A stretch of DNA of 64,000 nt from Nitrosopumilus sp. (GTDB lineage: Archaea; Thermoproteota; Nitrososphaeria; Nitrososphaerales; Nitrosopumilaceae): contig OY759726.1 of the NCBI GenBank assembly GCA_963662625.1, positions 704,001 to 768,000 of the forward strand, in the 5' to 3' direction. This document shows, in pieces, positions 61,338 through 64,000 of the stretch. Under the pieces are notes generated by a model. The model searched no databases. It was given only the letters and a program-made list of their open reading frames with translations, and was not told where the DNA came from. The position numbers were made by a program, and so were the translations under genes. The first letter of the stretch is position 1; every line of letters starts with the position of its first letter.

Positions 61338-62246
61338 ATGGCTGATACCCATGAAGCAATGACCAAGGCGCCTTTGATCATTGCGGGGCTGATCGTGGCC
61401 ATACTGGCAATGCCGGCGCAGGCATCGTTTGGCTCCGCCCGCGCGCTTGACCTGGTCGTAGGCCCCGACGGGACCACCCACGTCTCGGCGGAGATCGCCG
61501 TCGACTCTCCCGGATTCCGGGTGGGCCTCCTTGGCCCGCCCGTGGACAACCTTGTCGCCACGGACGGCAGCGGCGCCCGGCTGCCCCTGACCGTGGTCGA
61601 CGGCATGGCGGTCTTTGGCTCCGTCCCCGCGTCCACGGCCACCATCGCCTACGACACCCACGACCTGGTCTCGAAGGACGGCCGGGTCTGGACATTTTCC
61701 CTCGACTCGCCGTCCGGCTACTCGCTGGAGATGCCGGAAAATTCCGTGATAGTCATGATGGACGCCAGCCCGGGCAGGATAGTGGCAGAAGGCGGGAAGA
61801 TGAGGCTGGAGCTTGCGGCAGGGCCCGCCAGGATCGACTACGTCTTTGGGGCGCGGGCGGATCCCCAGCCGGAACCCGCAGGGGGGCCGGACTTTGTAGC
61901 CGCGGGGCTGATCGCCGGCCCGATCATCACGGCCGGGGTCGCCGCGTCGATCATACTAAGGAGAAGGAGGGCCCCGCCGCGGGAGGCCGGGGCGGGCCAC
62001 CCCGACCCCCGGACGATCTTCGGCCTCCGGCCAGACATGCGCGAGGACGACAAGGAGATCGTGCGGTTCATCCACGGCAACGGCGGCCAGGCGCTCGAGA
62101 GCACCCTGCGCAGGGAGTTCCTCCAGCCCCGTACCACCATGTGGAGGGCGGTAAAGCGGCTGGAGAGGATGGGCGTGGTCGAAATCTACAAGAAAGACAA
62201 GCAGAACGTGGTCAGGCTGAGAAGGGAAGTGGAGGGCGAGGGTTGA
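61338..62246 (+). CDS. Membrane-anchored protein with a C-terminal winged HTH
   Basis: Signal peptide, TM helix, PRTTMWRAVKRLERMGVVEI.K. Confidence 0.8.
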   Translation: MADTHEAMTKAPLIIAGLIVAILAMPAQASFGSARALDLVVGPDGTTHVSAEIAVDSPGFRVGLLGPPVDNLVATDGSGARLPLTVVDGMAVFGSVPASTATIAYDTHDLVSKDGRVWTFSLDSPSGYSLEMPENSVIVMMDASPGRIVAEGGKMRLELAAGPARIDYVFGARADPQPEPAGGPDFVAAGLIAGPIITAGVAASIILRRRRAPPREAGAGHPDPRTIFGLRPDMREDDKEIVRFIHGNGGQALESTLRREFLQPRTTMWRAVKRLERMGVVEIYKKDKQNVVRLRREVEGEG

Positions 62247-62590
62247 AGGCGGTTGCACTGCTGGCCCTGCTGGTCATGGCGGCGGCGCACCCGCCCGCGC
62301 AGGCGTTTGCCGAGCCGCTGGAGGAGGTCACGGCGTCGGTCTCAGACTATGACGGCGCCTCTGCGACGGTCACCATATCCTGGAACCACGACGGCGCCGC
62401 GGCAAGCCACCTGGCAGGCTGCGTCAGCTGCAGCCCGCACGTCTCGGAATCCACCGCGGGGGACGGCATAGAGCTGCGCGGCGTGACCCCGTTTCCCAAC
62501 AGCCAGCTGGCGATGCTCTACGTGATCGCGTATGACTCCGGAGGCGAGATAGTCGCCGCAAAGCAGCTGATCATCGGCCTCGGGGAGTGA
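62243..62590 (+). CDS. Secreted hypothetical protein
   Basis: TTG start overlapping the previous stop; signal peptide; GCVSC.P. Confidence 0.65.
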   Translation: MKAVALLALLVMAAAHPPAQAFAEPLEEVTASVSDYDGASATVTISWNHDGAAASHLAGCVSCSPHVSESTAGDGIELRGVTPFPNSQLAMLYVIAYDSGGEIVAAKQLIIGLGE

Positions 62591-62629
62591 CGCGCGCCCC
62601 GCCTGCCGGCGCCGCCGGGCGGGCGGCCC

Positions 62630-63875
62630 CAGTTAAGCGAAATGTACCCGATCCTGCCCCCTCATGGCGGGGGCTTGGGCTCCAGTATCCGGGCCGACTC
62701 CAACTGGTAGGCGAACGCCCGCTGGGTCATCACGCCGTTCCTGCAACCCCTTCCAGAAAGGACGGCCCGCACCACCACCCACTCGTTGTACGCCAGCAGC
62801 GAGTAGTAGAAGCACAGCATGCGGGCCCCCTCGTCGGCGACCCTGGTCTTGGCCCTCATGGACTCTATAACCCTGTACGACGTCTCGATGCCCCACCTGC
62901 GCGGGTACCCCCTTGCGCTGGCTGCGGGGCGGTTGGTCGCAAACCCGATGTACCGCTCCTCGGGGACGGAGGGATCGTCGCACTTCTTCCTCTCCTCGAT
63001 CTTGATGTGGTACCCCGCGGAGTTCCGCCCCTCGATCGTCACCGGGGACACGCCGGGCCTGGCGTTGCGCGCGAACTCCCGCAGCGCGGCCACCACGTTG
63101 CCGGTGTTCCTGCACGGCATGAGGTACCCGACGCGGGCCCTGTCCAGCGCCCTGATCGTCTCCACCGTGAAGAACTCCCTGTCCAGCAGGACGAGGCCGG
63201 GCCCGATTCCGGCGTCCCGTACCGACCGCAGCGCCTTTTCGACGAAACCAGGCACGGAATCGAACATGTTCACGCGGTACGCGCCCAAAACCAGCGGGTA
63301 CCTGCCCCCGACGCACTGGACCGTGATGTACCTCTCGAACAGCTTGGTCCCGTTCTTGCTCCTGGAGCGGGTCAGCCCGGGCCCCGGCGCGGAATCGTAG
63401 CGCGGTATCAGGTGCATGTCGATGGCGATGGAGGGCTTGCGGGGCAGCCTTCCGGCCTTTTTGAGCGCGGCCGCCTGCCTCCCCACGGCGCCGCCGAGGG
63501 CATCCTGGATCCCGGCGCCGCCTGCCCCCCTGAGCGCCGAGGCGAACCACCTGTCCGAGGGGGCCGCCCTGCCGTGCACGGCCTTGGCCGCGTTGGCGCA
63601 CCCCCCGACCGACGAGTCCCGGAGCGCGGCCCCAAGCATGCCCCGGTTGAGGGCGTCCACTCCGAACACGGCGTTGCGGCCCGCTGGCCGCATGAGCGGG
63701 GCCAGGAACCCGCGCATGCCGGAGACGACACCCTGATATAGGCGGGGGTCGTTCACCATGTCGCGGCCCTGGCGGGTCTTGTTTCGAGACAATTCAAGTC
63801 TTGTCGGGGCCCATCCCCTGTTGATCTGTTTGGAATTGCGAGAGTTGACTATTTGGTCTACTTTTCGCTTAACTG
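62630..63875 (-). mobile_element. ISH3-family (IS4-like) element, transposase 62662..63759
   Basis: TIR CAGTTAAGCGAAA / TTTCGCTTAACTG; 5-bp direct repeat GGCCC on both sides; IAID, LLDREF, RWGIETSYR motifs. Confidence 0.92.
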
Positions 63876-63919
63876 GGCCCACAACAAGCTTCATATACAT
63901 TTTCCAGGCAGCATTGGAC

Positions 63920-64000
63920 ATGGCTTCCAAGGAGATTGCCGCCGGCGTGGGGATCCCCATGATAGTCGTGGGAGCCCTCATGGCATGGCTCTGGGCCCCC
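63920..64000 (+). CDS. Membrane protein, partial at the window end
   Basis: MASKEIAAGVGIPMIVVGALMAWLWAP... Confidence 0.55.
   Translation, partial: MASKEIAAGVGIPMIVVGALMAWLWAP

Noticed and set aside
63760-63981. N-terminal extension of the ISH3 transposase ORF
   Set aside because: It runs past the TIR at 63875 into host DNA; the likely start is ATG at 63759.

Overview
This is an archaeal window, most likely from a GC-rich Thaumarchaeota/Nitrosopumilaceae genome. The basis is Csl4, a thermosome subunit, A-type ATPase EABD, two TFIIBs, CdvB/ESCRT-III, MptE and a CFI-box cyclophilin. Positions ~1-22.3 kb are an accessory region around tRNA-Leu(TAA). It holds decaying defence/toxin-antitoxin-like modules (ParB pair, DprA+PRTase, GIY-YIG, HipA-like kinase+DUF3037, AbiEi/AbiEii, Mrr fragment, AAA_14 ATPase) and many IS copies. 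Positions ~22.6-62.6 kb are mostly housekeeping genes. The most notable signal is two identical IS110-family elements, each inserted at the same dinucleotide inside the terminal inverted repeat of an IS5-family element. Their 5' non-coding end folds into a two-loop, bridge-RNA-like structure whose 7-nt guides match the IS5 repeat (TCTGTTG) and the element's own end (ATAGGTG). This points to an archaeal RNA-guided element that parasitises another IS. Also noted are strong A:T->G:C drift in the IS copies and a candidate structured ncRNA at ~58.85-58.94 kb. All calls come from reading motifs by eye; no database searches were run.
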